Below are positions 29,332 to 39,486 of a DNA stretch of 64,000 bases, in pieces. Position numbers and translations under genes: made by a program. Each line of letters begins with the position of its first letter. Position 1 is the stretch's first letter. The notes beneath the pieces are model-generated. The model was not told the DNA's origin. It was given only the letters and a program-made list of their open reading frames with translations, and ran no database searches. Source of the stretch: an uncultured Actinomycetes bacterium (GTDB lineage: Bacteria; Actinomycetota; UBA4738; HRBIN12); the NCBI GenBank assembly GCA_963704885.1, contig CAVPIB010000007.1, positions 32,001-96,000 on the forward strand, given 5' to 3'.

Positions 29332-31607
29332 GCCTCCACACCCCGAGCCGCCGCCCACACACGTTCCGGGGTCATGGGCATCTGCCGTACCTGGGTTCCG
29401 AGCACCTTCGTGATCGCGTTGGCGATCGCCGCCGCGGTCGGTACCTGCGGGGGCTCTCCAACCCCTTTCGAACCGCGAGGACCGGCCCCCTCGGTGGCCG
29501 TCTGGATCCAGTCCACTTCGATCTCGGGCGCGTCGGCGCTGGTGACGAGCTTGTAGTCGAGCAGCGCCGGGTTCCGTTGGCGCCCCTGGTCGTCGATCTG
29601 CGTCCCCTCGCTGAGAGCCAGTCCGACCCCCATCACCACTCCGCCGGTCACCTGTCCGTCGGCGCCCTTGCGGTTGAGGATCATCCCCGAGTCGTGCGCG
29701 GCGGCGACCTTCAGAACACGCACGACCCCCGTGGCCCGGTCGACCTTCACGTGCGCCGCCTGGGTGATGAGCTGGGGCGTCAGGAACGTCTCGTTCCCGA
29801 TCCTCCCGACGCACCCGCCGGTGTCGCCGGTCGGGGCCTGGGGCACGTCCCCCGAGCCCTTGCCGTGGATCGTGCCGGCCCCGGCAAGATCCGCGATGGT
29901 TACCGAGCGGTCGGGAGAGCCCTTCACGCGCACGGCGCCCTCCACGAGCTCGAGGTCCTGCCGATCCACCTCGAGCTCCTCGGCGGCCGCGCCCAAGAGC
30001 TGGTCACGCACGTCGGCGGCCGCTGCCAGGATCGCCCGCCCGCTGTTGTAGGTGGTCTGCGATCCGCACGAACCCATGTCCCAGTTGGCCGCGGCCGTGT
30101 CCTGATACAGGATCGTGAAGTCCTCGGGTTTCATCCCGAGCTCTTCGGCGACGAAGATCGGCATGGCCATCACGGCGCCGCTTCCGTTCTCCTGGGCACC
30201 GGTCACGATCGTGCCGCTGCCGTCACCGTTGATGTGAACGTAGGCCCCCGACGGCGCCGGCATGCAGGGCCACCAGCCCACTGCGACCCCGATGGCCTCG
30301 TCGTCGGGCAGCTCGCGGTCGTATCCGATCATCTCCACCGCGCGCTCTAGCGTCTGTTTCATGCCGATCTGGTCGAAGACCTGGCGCGTCGGGCCTTCGG
30401 AGCCGGTCTCGATCAGGGTGCGTCGCCGTAGCTCGACGGGATCCATGTCGATCGCGCGCGCAACCTCGTCCATGTGCTGTTCGAGACCCCAGCAGACCTG
30501 CGGCGCCGTGGGCGCGCGGACCGAGCCCGACGGCTGGCTGTTGGTGTAGTTCAGGTGGGACTCCACGAAGATGTGCTCGATCTGATAGGGGCCGCAGGCG
30601 TGCATGGCCGCCATCTGTCCCAGGAAGCCCCCCTCGCCGCAGTACGCCCCTTTGTCGAGGACGAGCTTCGCCCTGCGGGCGACCAGACGGCCGTCGCGCG
30701 TCACGCCCGTCTCGAACTCCATCACGATGCCCTCGCGGCGTTGCGCGATAGCGACGAACTCCTCGCGCCGGCTGAACACCAGTTTCACCGGTCTCCGAGC
30801 GGCGCGGGCGAGAGCGGCCACCTGCGCTTCGAAGTGCAGATCGCACTTCGCGCCGAAGCCCCCGCCCAGGAGCGGCACGACGATCCTCACGTTCGCCTCG
30901 GGGATCTGCAGGGTCTGCGAGACGCCGCTGCGGGCCGTGTACGGCACCTGCGTCGAGGACCAGATCGTCACCTCATCGCCCTGCCACTGGGCGAGCACGG
31001 CCCTTGGCTCGATCGGCACCCCTTGCGACGCGTCGGAGACGTAGCGGCCCTTCACTACGACGTCGGCCTCGGCCATCGCGGCGTCGGCGTCACCCTTGAC
31101 GATCGTGTGATAGGCCATGGTGTTGCCGCTGGCGACGATGTTCTCGTCCTTCTCGTACGACCCAAGATCTGGATGGATCAAGGGGGCGTCAGGCTCCATC
31201 GCGGCGACGAAGTCACCGACCACGGGTAGGGGGTCATAGTCGACCTCGATCAGGCGCGCGGCCTCGGCGGCGATCTCCTGGGTGAGCGCGGCCACGCCCG
31301 CGACGATCTCACCCTCGAAGCGAACCACGTCCTTCGCGAATAGCGTGCGATCTTGAACGAAGCCTCCGAACCGCACATCGGGAACGTCGTCCTGGGTGAT
31401 CACCGCGACCACGCCCGGCAGCGCCTTGGCCTTCGTGGTGTCGATCCTGAGGATGCGGGCGTGCGGATGGTCGGCGTACCGGAACCTCGCGTAGGTCTGA
31501 CCCGTGAGCGTCAGATCGGCCGTGTAGCGCCCCGACCCGGTGACCTTCTCCTCACCGTCGGGACGCATGAACTCGGCAGGGGGAGTTCCGATGTCGGTGT
31601 CGGCCAC
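29328..31607 (-). CDS. Xanthine dehydrogenase-family molybdopterin-binding large subunit (not CO dehydrogenase)
   Basis: KVTGSGRY, GGGFGAK, GAQENGSG, GSKGVGEPP; active-site loop SVRAPT rather than the CODH AYRCSFR. Confidence 0.92.
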   Translation of the reverse strand: MADTDIGTPPAEFMRPDGEEKVTGSGRYTADLTLTGQTYARFRYADHPHARILRIDTTKAKALPGVVAVITQDDVPDVRFGGFVQDRTLFAKDVVRFEGEIVAGVAALTQEIAAEAARLIEVDYDPLPVVGDFVAAMEPDAPLIHPDLGSYEKDENIVASGNTMAYHTIVKGDADAAMAEADVVVKGRYVSDASQGVPIEPRAVLAQWQGDEVTIWSSTQVPYTARSGVSQTLQIPEANVRIVVPLLGGGFGAKCDLHFEAQVAALARAARRPVKLVFSRREEFVAIAQRREGIVMEFETGVTRDGRLVARRAKLVLDKGAYCGEGGFLGQMAAMHACGPYQIEHIFVESHLNYTNSQPSGSVRAPTAPQVCWGLEQHMDEVARAIDMDPVELRRRTLIETGSEGPTRQVFDQIGMKQTLERAVEMIGYDRELPDDEAIGVAVGWWPCMPAPSGAYVHINGDGSGTIVTGAQENGSGAVMAMPIFVAEELGMKPEDFTILYQDTAAANWDMGSCGSQTTYNSGRAILAAAADVRDQLLGAAAEELEVDRQDLELVEGAVRVKGSPDRSVTIADLAGAGTIHGKGSGDVPQAPTGDTGGCVGRIGNETFLTPQLITQAAHVKVDRATGVVRVLKVAAAHDSGMILNRKGADGQVTGGVVMGVGLALSEGTQIDDQGRQRNPALLDYKLVTSADAPEIEVDWIQTATEGAGPRGSKGVGEPPQVPTAAAIANAITKVLGTQVRQMPMTPERVWAAARGVEA

Positions 31608-31676
31608 GTCACTCCCTTCGGGCTCGAATTGATGCGGGTGCCGCATGGTATACCGCCGAGCTGATCGATCGGTCGC

Positions 31677-32855
31677 CTAGTCGCCGGTCCCTCGCGGAGC
31701 GAGCAGCCCGCCGCCGATGATCCCGAGCGTTGCGACCACGATCACACCCATCGCCGCGCGCAGGCTCACGGTCTGTGCGACCCAGCCGAGGAGCGGCGGG
31801 CTCCAGACGAAGCCGGTGTAGCCCACGGTCGTCACGGCCGTGATCGCGGCGGTCGGGTCGTCGGTCTGCGTCCCGGCGAGTCCGAACGCCGCGGGGCCGG
31901 CCGCCGATAGCGTGAAGCCGAGCACCAGGAACCCGAGGCCGACCACGATCGGCTCGTTCGCAGCCACCGCGATCATGCCTCCGATCAGCGAGCCGACACC
32001 GGCCACGACGATCGTCGTCCGACGTCCCACGCCGTAGAGCACCCGTCCGGCGAACAGGCGCCCGACGAACATCGAGGCGGCGAACGCCACGAACACCACC
32101 GCCGCGACCGTGGCCGACGCGCCGAGTTCATCTCGCAGGTACAACCCGGCCCACGCGTCCATGGACCCCTCGATCAGGAACGACGCCAGCACGACGACCG
32201 CGGGAACGACGAGCGCCGGGTAGCGGAACAACGCCGAGATCGACAGCAGGGAACCGTCACCCGCGGCGCTTCGGCCTCTGGGCACGGCGGCCCCCGTCCA
32301 CGCGGTCGTGATCGCGAGCGTGGCGGCCGAGTACGCCATGGCGACACGGAAGTCGACCCCCGCGGACAAGATCACGCCCGCCGCGAGAGCACCCGTCACT
32401 CCGCCGAGGGCGTAGGTCGCGTGCATCCACTGCAGGACCGGACGACGGATCGCGGATTCGACGCGCTGGCCGGCGACGTTCAGGTAGACGTCAACCAGGC
32501 CGTTGCCCACCCCGGCCAACGCGAACCCGATCCAGATCGCGGAGCTCGGCAGAGCGGCGAGAGCGATCGTCGCGATGGACATCGAGCCGAGCGCCAGGGG
32601 CACGGTGAGCGAGAGGGAGAGCTGGCGCATCCGGGGCGCGATGATGAGCATCACCACGAGAGCCACGATCGAGAGCAGCGTGTAGCTCAGCCCGATCCCG
32701 GCGTCGGACATCCCATGCAGACGCTGGAACTCGAACACGGCTATGACCCAAACGCCCCAGAACTGGCCGAACGTCCAGTACCCGGCGACGAGCGACGGCA
32801 CGCTCCTTCGACCGGCGGGCTCGAGGAGCGAGGCGGTCGCGCCCGGTTCATGCAT
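31677..32855 (-). CDS. MFS transporter
   Basis: About 12 hydrophobic segments; GNGLVDVYLNVAG, MHATYALG, EGSMDAW. Confidence 0.85.
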   Translation of the reverse strand: MHEPGATASLLEPAGRRSVPSLVAGYWTFGQFWGVWVIAVFEFQRLHGMSDAGIGLSYTLLSIVALVVMLIIAPRMRQLSLSLTVPLALGSMSIATIALAALPSSAIWIGFALAGVGNGLVDVYLNVAGQRVESAIRRPVLQWMHATYALGGVTGALAAGVILSAGVDFRVAMAYSAATLAITTAWTGAAVPRGRSAAGDGSLLSISALFRYPALVVPAVVVLASFLIEGSMDAWAGLYLRDELGASATVAAVVFVAFAASMFVGRLFAGRVLYGVGRRTTIVVAGVGSLIGGMIAVAANEPIVVGLGFLVLGFTLSAAGPAAFGLAGTQTDDPTAAITAVTTVGYTGFVWSPPLLGWVAQTVSLRAAMGVIVVATLGIIGGGLLAPRGTGD

Positions 32856-32932
32856 CGGCCCATCATGGCATCCGTTGAACGGCGAGTCAGACTTGACCTC
32901 GGGACCCGCGCCCGCGCTATGCTCCGCGGACG

Positions 32933-34057
32933 ATGGCCGGGGGAGAGGTTCAACTAGTCGAGCTGGTGAAGCGCTTCGGCGACTTCACCGCAGTGGCGGG
33001 CATCAACCTGCAGATGCCATCGGGTGAGTTCTTCTCCCTGCTCGGACCGTCGGGATGCGGCAAGACCACGACCCTGCGGATGATCGCCGGGTTCGAGCGG
33101 CCGAGCGAGGGCCAGATCCTCCTGGATGGGGTCGACGTCGGCCAGGTGCCGCCCCACAAGCGAAACGTGAACACGGTGTTCCAGAGCTACGCGCTCTTCC
33201 CGCATCTCAGCGTGGAGGAGAACGTGGCGTTCGGACTTCGCTACCAGAAGGCATCCAAGCAGGAGACCACCGAACGCGTCGGTCGTGCCCTGGAGCTGGT
33301 GCAGCTGGGGGTGTTCGCGAAGCGGCGCCCTGGGCAGCTCTCAGGCGGACAACAGCAACGCGTGGCGCTCGCTCGAGCGCTCATCCTGAACCCCGCGGTG
33401 CTGCTGCTGGACGAGCCGCTCGGCGCGCTCGACGCCAAACTGCGCAAGGGTTTGCAGATCCAGTTGAAGACGCTGCAGGAAGAGGTCGGCATCACGTTCA
33501 TCTACGTGACACACGACCAGGAAGAGGCTCTCACCATGTCCGACCGGATCGCGGTGATGTCGCAGGGCCAGGTCGAGCAGGTCGGCGGGCCCAAGGAGAT
33601 CTACGAGGAGCCCCTCACGGCGTACGTGGCGGATTTCCTCGGTGTGTCGAACCTGATGGAGGCCGAAGCCAAGGGCCAGACGACCGGTGGGTGCCGAGTG
33701 CTGCTCGGGGAGTTCGAGCTGGTGGCCGGCGAGGGGGAGTCGGACACGCTCGGCACCTCGAAGATCACCGTGCGACCCGAGCGAGTGAACCTGGAGGCTG
33801 CCGGGACGGCAGGCGAGAACCGCGTTCCCGGGATGGTCGAACGGGTGGTCTACGTCGGTTCGATCCTGCAGGTGTTCGTGACGCTCGCTCCCGGCCAGCG
33901 GATCCAGGTGTGGATCCAGAACGAGGGCGGTGGTGTCGCGTACCCGTCCGGAACCTCGGTCGCGGTCCACATGCCGCGTGAGGCGCTGAGGGTGCTCCCC
34001 GACGCTGGAACGCCGGTATCGATCGGCACCGACCTAGAGGACGCCGAGGCGAGCTGA
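32933..34057 (+). CDS. potA: Polyamine ABC transporter ATP-binding subunit (PotA-like)
   Basis: GPSGCGKT, VNTVFQSYALFPH, LSGGQQQR, LLDEP, TOBE-type C-terminus. Confidence 0.88.
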   Translation: MAGGEVQLVELVKRFGDFTAVAGINLQMPSGEFFSLLGPSGCGKTTTLRMIAGFERPSEGQILLDGVDVGQVPPHKRNVNTVFQSYALFPHLSVEENVAFGLRYQKASKQETTERVGRALELVQLGVFAKRRPGQLSGGQQQRVALARALILNPAVLLLDEPLGALDAKLRKGLQIQLKTLQEEVGITFIYVTHDQEEALTMSDRIAVMSQGQVEQVGGPKEIYEEPLTAYVADFLGVSNLMEAEAKGQTTGGCRVLLGEFELVAGEGESDTLGTSKITVRPERVNLEAAGTAGENRVPGMVERVVYVGSILQVFVTLAPGQRIQVWIQNEGGGVAYPSGTSVAVHMPREALRVLPDAGTPVSIGTDLEDAEAS

Positions 34058-34061
34058 AGCC

Positions 34062-34991
34062 CTAGAGCTGCACGAAGCTGCCGACGTCGCTTTGATCCTG
34101 GCCCCGCGTGAAGCGACGGTAGGCGAACCACCCCGCGGCGATCACGAGCATGGTCGAGATGAGCATCACGGTGGCTGCCGCGTTCACCGCCGGCGTCGGT
34201 GAAGAGCGTGCCGCGCTATAGATCTTCACCGACAGCGGCTCGGTGGGCGCCTGCGCCGACAGGTACCGGACTATGACGAAGTTGTCGACCGAGTCGGCGA
34301 AGACCAAGGCGATGCTCGCCAGGACGGCCGGCCACAGCAACGGCATGAGCACCCGACGGAGCGATTGACTGGGTGTCGCCCCCAGATCCATCGCGGCCTC
34401 CTCGAACTCCGGACCGATCGAGAGCAGCCGCGCTCGCACGATGATGAACGGATACGACATCTGGAACGTGACTAACCCGAGCACCTGCGCCGTCGTTCCC
34501 AGGCTGAGGAGGTCCTTGAACAGGTTCGTGAACAGAAGGAACAACGAGACACCCAGGATGATCTCGGGCACCACGAACGAGAACAGCATCCCGAAGTTCG
34601 CGCCTGCGGCGGGACGGCCGCGCCAGCGGTCGATCCCGATCGCGAAGAGCGTCCCGAGTGGGACCGCGAGCACCACCGTGAGCAGCGAGAGCTTGAACGT
34701 CTGGAACATGGCGGACCGTAGCGCCAGATCGGTCCAGAGCGAATCGAACGGGTCCTTGAACCACCACCGGAGCGAGAAGCCCTGCCACGTGCTCCGAGAT
34801 CGTCCGGAGTTGAACGAGAAGATCACCGCGATGATCACCGGGACTATGGACCAGGTCAGGTATCCCCAGGTGATCGCCTGGAGGAACCGGGGCTTCCGCC
34901 ACGGGTTCTGGAGCCAACCGCCACCCGCGCTCTTCGGGATATCGGTGAGCGATGGGGTGCCGTACAGCGCCTGATCCCTGGCGTCGCTCAC
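34062..34991 (-). CDS. potC: Polyamine ABC permease (PotC-like)
   Basis: FSFN...GFSLRW, VPEII, EEAAMDLGA. Confidence 0.85.
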   Translation of the reverse strand: MSDARDQALYGTPSLTDIPKSAGGGWLQNPWRKPRFLQAITWGYLTWSIVPVIIAVIFSFNSGRSRSTWQGFSLRWWFKDPFDSLWTDLALRSAMFQTFKLSLLTVVLAVPLGTLFAIGIDRWRGRPAAGANFGMLFSFVVPEIILGVSLFLLFTNLFKDLLSLGTTAQVLGLVTFQMSYPFIIVRARLLSIGPEFEEAAMDLGATPSQSLRRVLMPLLWPAVLASIALVFADSVDNFVIVRYLSAQAPTEPLSVKIYSAARSSPTPAVNAAATVMLISTMLVIAAGWFAYRRFTRGQDQSDVGSFVQL

Positions 34992-35944
34992 GTGGCTCCC
35001 TCCGCGGCTCGGCGCGTGGCGCGCAGGTAGTAGAGCATCGGGAACATCACCAGCACGATCAAGATCAGGGTGAGCGAGCCGGCCTCCGGCCCCTGACCCG
35101 CTTGTCCCACAGCAGAGTCAAGAAGGTTGCCGTACATCGATGTCGTCGTGGCCCCGAGCAGGGTGTTCGTGTAGTAGTCGCCGAACATCGGCAGAGACAC
35201 GATCACGAGTCCGGCCAGGATCGCGGGCTTGGAGAGCGGAAGCGTCACCCGTCGGAACGTCTGGAACGGGCTGGCCCCCAGATCGCGCCCTGCTTCCAAG
35301 AGGCTCTGGTCGATCCGATCGAGCGAACCGAAGAGCGGGAGGATCATGAAGGGGATGTAGCCGTACACGAGACCGAGCACCACCGTGACCGGTTTGCCCG
35401 CCAGCCACTCGACCGGCGTGGCACCGAAGATGCCCAGGAAGTCGTTCACGTATCCGTCGGGCGTCAACAAGCTCTGCCACGCGTACACCCTCATCAGGTA
35501 GCTGATCCAGAAGGGCGCGACCAACAGGACCAGGATCAAGCCCTTCCGCTTCCCGGCGTAGCGAGCCGTGTAGTAGGCGACCGCGTAACCGATCACCAGG
35601 CAGATCACGCTCGCCAGGATCACGTACTCGATGGTGCGGACCAGCGGGTTCAGGTAGATGCGATCGCCGGCGTAGAACTTCTGCAGCGTGGTCGCGAACG
35701 TGTCGAAGCTCCACCACCAGGGCTGATAGACGGGGAGCGGAGCCCGGAAGAAGGGATCGACGGTGCCGAACCCCACCGAGACCACGACGTAGAACGGCAG
35801 GATGAAGAAGAGGATCAGCCAGATGAGACCCGGAGCCGTGAACGACGGCCAGTACCACCGCGGATACAGTGCCCCGCTGCGGTCATCCAGCGAGTCCCGA
35901 CCGCGCCGCTTGCTGCGGCGCGGTGCGACTTCCTCGTTAGCCAC
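34988..35944 (-). CDS. potB: Polyamine ABC permease (PotB-like)
   Basis: PFWISYLMRVYAW, YIPFMILP, LEAGRDLGA. Confidence 0.85.
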   Translation of the reverse strand: MANEEVAPRRSKRRGRDSLDDRSGALYPRWYWPSFTAPGLIWLILFFILPFYVVVSVGFGTVDPFFRAPLPVYQPWWWSFDTFATTLQKFYAGDRIYLNPLVRTIEYVILASVICLVIGYAVAYYTARYAGKRKGLILVLLVAPFWISYLMRVYAWQSLLTPDGYVNDFLGIFGATPVEWLAGKPVTVVLGLVYGYIPFMILPLFGSLDRIDQSLLEAGRDLGASPFQTFRRVTLPLSKPAILAGLVIVSLPMFGDYYTNTLLGATTTSMYGNLLDSAVGQAGQGPEAGSLTLILIVLVMFPMLYYLRATRRAAEGAT

Positions 35945-37220
35945 CGGCCAGGATCTCGTTCCAGGCGGCGAGCCACAGGGCGTCGGCCTCGGGCGTCAGC
36001 TCACTCTGGATGTATCCCTGGGTGAAGTTCTCCTCTCCTAGGATCGCCGTCGAGAGCGAGGGCGAGACGACACCCTCCTCGATCAGTCGATCCGGCACGA
36101 TGGAGTTGAACGGCGGCTGATACCCGTTCCAGTCGGCGAAGTTCAGGTATCCCCACTTCTCGTCCAGGAAGAAGTTGAGGAACTCATGGGCCAGTCGCGG
36201 GTGCGGCGCGTCGGAAGGGATCGTGATGGTGTCGTTTCCGATCAGGCCCTTGTTGTCGCTCGGGTACCAATAGCCGAGCACGTCCTCGCTGGTGCCTTTC
36301 GGGAGGTAGTACTTAGCCCCGACGATATCGCCGGACCACGACTGGGAGACCGTGAACTCCCCCTCCGGGAGCTTCGCGTACGTGCCGTTGATCGCCAGGC
36401 GTGCCCCGTTGTCGTTGACCATCTGAAGTATCGCTTCCTTCGCGGCATCGATCGCCGCAGGGTCGTCCGAGTCGGGGTCGGTGACACCGTTGCGGAGCAG
36501 CATCATCCCGAGCGCGTCGCGGTACGAGTCGTAGTAGGCCACCGCGTCCTTGAACTCGGGATTGAAGAAAGCCTCGTACCCCATCGCCTCGGCCTCGGCA
36601 TCGTCGACCCGGTCGCGACGGTAGGCGACGCCGGTCGTGTAGATCGTGTACGGGACGGTGTAGTGGGCGCCGAGGTCGTACCAGGGGCCCGGGTCCGAGA
36701 ACGCCGGCCAGACGTTGGCCGCCAGGTTCGGGATCAGCTCCAGGTTGAGCGGCTGCAGGTTGTCGGTCGCCACCAAGCGCCGGATGTAATCGGTGGTCGG
36801 GAAGAAGACGTCCGCGGTCACCTGTCCCGCGACCAGCTTCTGGATCCCCTCCTCCATGTTGTTGAAGGTTGTCCACTCGATCGTGACGTCGTACTCGTCC
36901 TCGAACGCCTTCAGGACCTTCTTGTAGAAGTAGGCGTCCCAGTTGTAGACCTGGAGCGTGGCGCCGGCCTCGATCGGGGTGTCGGTGGGGATCGGGTCGC
37001 GCGTCAGAGGGAGCTCTACCGGGTTGTTCGGGCTCGCGATCGGGATCTCGCCTACCGCGGTGGAGCTTCCGGATCCGTTCCCGCCGCCCGGGGGGGTCGT
37101 GCCCGGCTTCGCGCACGCGGCCAGGATCGCGGCCAGGCTCGGCATGGCGATCGCGGTGCCGCCGGCTCGGCGGAGGAAGTCACGCCGGTTCATCGGGTGA
37201 GGTCGTCTTTGCGCTGGCAT
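35937..37220 (-). CDS. potD: Polyamine ABC substrate-binding protein (PotD/PotF-like) with Tat lipoprotein signal
   Basis: NRRDFL twin-arginine motif, LAAC, VYNWDAY, WSGD; start could be 37193. Confidence 0.85.
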   Translation of the reverse strand: MPAQRRPHPMNRRDFLRRAGGTAIAMPSLAAILAACAKPGTTPPGGGNGSGSSTAVGEIPIASPNNPVELPLTRDPIPTDTPIEAGATLQVYNWDAYFYKKVLKAFEDEYDVTIEWTTFNNMEEGIQKLVAGQVTADVFFPTTDYIRRLVATDNLQPLNLELIPNLAANVWPAFSDPGPWYDLGAHYTVPYTIYTTGVAYRRDRVDDAEAEAMGYEAFFNPEFKDAVAYYDSYRDALGMMLLRNGVTDPDSDDPAAIDAAKEAILQMVNDNGARLAINGTYAKLPEGEFTVSQSWSGDIVGAKYYLPKGTSEDVLGYWYPSDNKGLIGNDTITIPSDAPHPRLAHEFLNFFLDEKWGYLNFADWNGYQPPFNSIVPDRLIEEGVVSPSLSTAILGEENFTQGYIQSELTPEADALWLAAWNEILAGG

Positions 37221-37358
37221 CTTGCTGAGCCTCCTCGGTGGGTTCGCTCGCGCCGGATTGACCGGTCATTCAACCCTATATGTTGCTGAGTACCATAGGT
37301 TCGCCGCGAAGCGCAAGGTTGGCCCGGCGGGTGCGGCGCGCCATCATCACCGTCATCT

Positions 37359-38600
37359 ATGAGTACGCATCCCGAGGTCGTCGTGGTCGGTGCCGGCCTG
37401 TCCGGCCTGGCGACCGCGCACGAGCTCGTCGACGCCGGGTGTGAGGTCACAGTGCTGGAGGCGCGCGACCGCGTTGGCGGTCGCGTCTGGTCGGTCCGGC
37501 TGGGCAACGGAGAGATAGCTGAGCTCGGGGCCGAGTGGATCATGCCGCGCGACGAAGAGCTCCGTCGGTGGGCGGCGCGCTTCGACTTGGAGCTCTGCCC
37601 TGCCGGCATCGACTATGGGCGGCGCGAGGCGCGCGGGCCGGATGCGGCGAGCATCGAGGAGCAGGACGCATTCCTCGCGGCCGCGAACGACGCGCTCTCG
37701 ATCCTGCCCGCAGACGAGTTCGCCGCGCTCACCGTGGGCACGTTCCTGTCTGCGATCGACGCGCCCCAGACCGGTCGCGCGGCCGTACAGGCTCGACTGC
37801 AGGGAACGTGCGCGCTCGACCTGAACCGGGTCGCCCTAAGGGCCATGGGCGAGCGCGGTGCGTTCGCGCCTCCTCGGCCCGCCACTTATCATCGCATCGG
37901 TGCGGGCAACCAGTCGTTGCCCGAGGAGATGTCGAGGTCGCTCCCCGACGTACGGCTCGGACACCGGGTCCGCTCGATCGCGCACGGCGCAGCAGGTGCG
38001 ACGGTCCAGCTCGACGACGGGAGCAACCTGCCGGCCGACGCGGTCGTCGTGGCCGTGCCGGCTCGGATCGCGGCACGTCTGCGCTTCGACCCGTTCCTCC
38101 CCGAGGACCTGGCGATCGCGCTCCGTGAGCTGCCGATGGGCGCCGCGTCGAAGCTCGCGATCCCACTCGAAGGCACGCCGGCGCCGCGCGCCGTCCAGAG
38201 CGCCGAACAGCCGTTCTGGTGCTGGGTGGCGGATGGGACCGGTGGCTCGCCCAGACGATGTCTGACGTCGTTCGCGGGCTCGCAGGTGGCCCAGGATGTC
38301 CTGCTTGAGGGCGACGGCGACCCCGCACCGTGGGTGGAGCGGCTCTTCGCGCTGAACCCCGATCTGTCCGTGGCCGGCCCGCCCGTACTCGTGTCCTGGG
38401 CGGACGACCCGCTCGCGCTGGGGGCGTACTCCGCCTGGGACAACCGCTCCTGGGATCGCCTGGGTGAGTTCGATCGGACCGTGGGCCGCCTGGCGTTCGC
38501 CGGAGAGCACACCGCCGGGTCCGAGCATCACGGGACCATGGAGGGCGCGCTGCTCTCCGGGGTCCGTGCCGCCGGGCAGGTGCTGCAGCTCCTCGGCTGA
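37359..38600 (+). CDS. Flavin-containing amine oxidase (MAO/putrescine oxidase family)
   Basis: GAGLSG, EARDRVGGR, ELGAEWI, LAFAGEHT, GTMEGALLSG. Confidence 0.9.
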   Translation: MSTHPEVVVVGAGLSGLATAHELVDAGCEVTVLEARDRVGGRVWSVRLGNGEIAELGAEWIMPRDEELRRWAARFDLELCPAGIDYGRREARGPDAASIEEQDAFLAAANDALSILPADEFAALTVGTFLSAIDAPQTGRAAVQARLQGTCALDLNRVALRAMGERGAFAPPRPATYHRIGAGNQSLPEEMSRSLPDVRLGHRVRSIAHGAAGATVQLDDGSNLPADAVVVAVPARIAARLRFDPFLPEDLAIALRELPMGAASKLAIPLEGTPAPRAVQSAEQPFWCWVADGTGGSPRRCLTSFAGSQVAQDVLLEGDGDPAPWVERLFALNPDLSVAGPPVLVSWADDPLALGAYSAWDNRSWDRLGEFDRTVGRLAFAGEHTAGSEHHGTMEGALLSGVRAAGQVLQLLG

Positions 38601-38661
38601 CGGTTCGCGGGTCCGAGCCGATACGATGCGCCCACCCCTGAGGCCGAAGAGAGGTATCACC

Positions 38662-39486
38662 GTGACCGACGATGCACCCGTCTTGCTGATCGAGGACCTG
38701 GGCCCCGTCAGGCGCCTCACCATGAACCGCGAACGCGCGTTGAACGCGCTGAACGGCGAGCTTACGAGCGCCATCTCCCAGGCGATCCGTGCCGCCGGCG
38801 AGGACGATTCGGTATCGGTCGTGATCCTGCGTGGCGCCGGGCGAGCCTTCTGCGCGGGCTACGACCTGAACGAGGATGCGGGGGTCGGACCGCTCGACGC
38901 CAAGCACTGGCACGAGGAGCTCCGGAGCTCGACCGCGAAGATGCTCGAGATCTGGGACTGCCCCAAGCCCGTGATCGCGAGCGTGCATTCGTATTGCCTC
39001 GCGGGCGGAACCGACCTGATGCTCGCGTGCGACCTGGCGGTCGCGGCCGACGACTCGTTCTTCGGCTACGTCGATGTGCGCTTCGGGTCCGGCGTGGTGT
39101 CGATGTTCCTTCCGTGGGTGGTGGGCGTCCGCACCGCGAAGGAGCTGTTGTTCACCGGTGAGGATCGGATCCCGGCGGACGAAGCCTTGCGCCTGGGATT
39201 GGTGAACCGCGTGGTGCCGCGGGACCAGCTGGACGACGCCACGCTTGCGCTCGCCGAAGAGATCGCCAAGAACGAGCCCTTCGTGATCCAGACGACGAAG
39301 CGTGCCGTGAACCGGGCGCTCGACGTGGCAGGCTTCCGGCAGGCGCTGGAGGCGAACACCGAGCTGGACGCCCTGATCGAGACCGCCGACCTGCCGGCGC
39401 GCGCGGAGTTCCGACGGATCACCACCGAGGGAGGGCTGAAGGAAGCGATCGCGTGGCGGGACGCGCGGTTCCGCGGCGAGCCATGA
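38662..39486 (+). CDS. Enoyl-CoA hydratase/isomerase (crotonase) family
   Basis: LNAL, GRAFCAGYDL, CPKPVIA, AGG, ELLFTG. Confidence 0.9.
   Translation: MTDDAPVLLIEDLGPVRRLTMNRERALNALNGELTSAISQAIRAAGEDDSVSVVILRGAGRAFCAGYDLNEDAGVGPLDAKHWHEELRSSTAKMLEIWDCPKPVIASVHSYCLAGGTDLMLACDLAVAADDSFFGYVDVRFGSGVVSMFLPWVVGVRTAKELLFTGEDRIPADEALRLGLVNRVVPRDQLDDATLALAEEIAKNEPFVIQTTKRAVNRALDVAGFRQALEANTELDALIETADLPARAEFRRITTEGGLKEAIAWRDARFRGEP

Noticed and set aside
27956-31607. Aerobic CO dehydrogenase (coxMSL)
   Set aside because: It lacks the AYRCSFR motif, the gene order is L-M-S, and there are no coxDEG neighbours.
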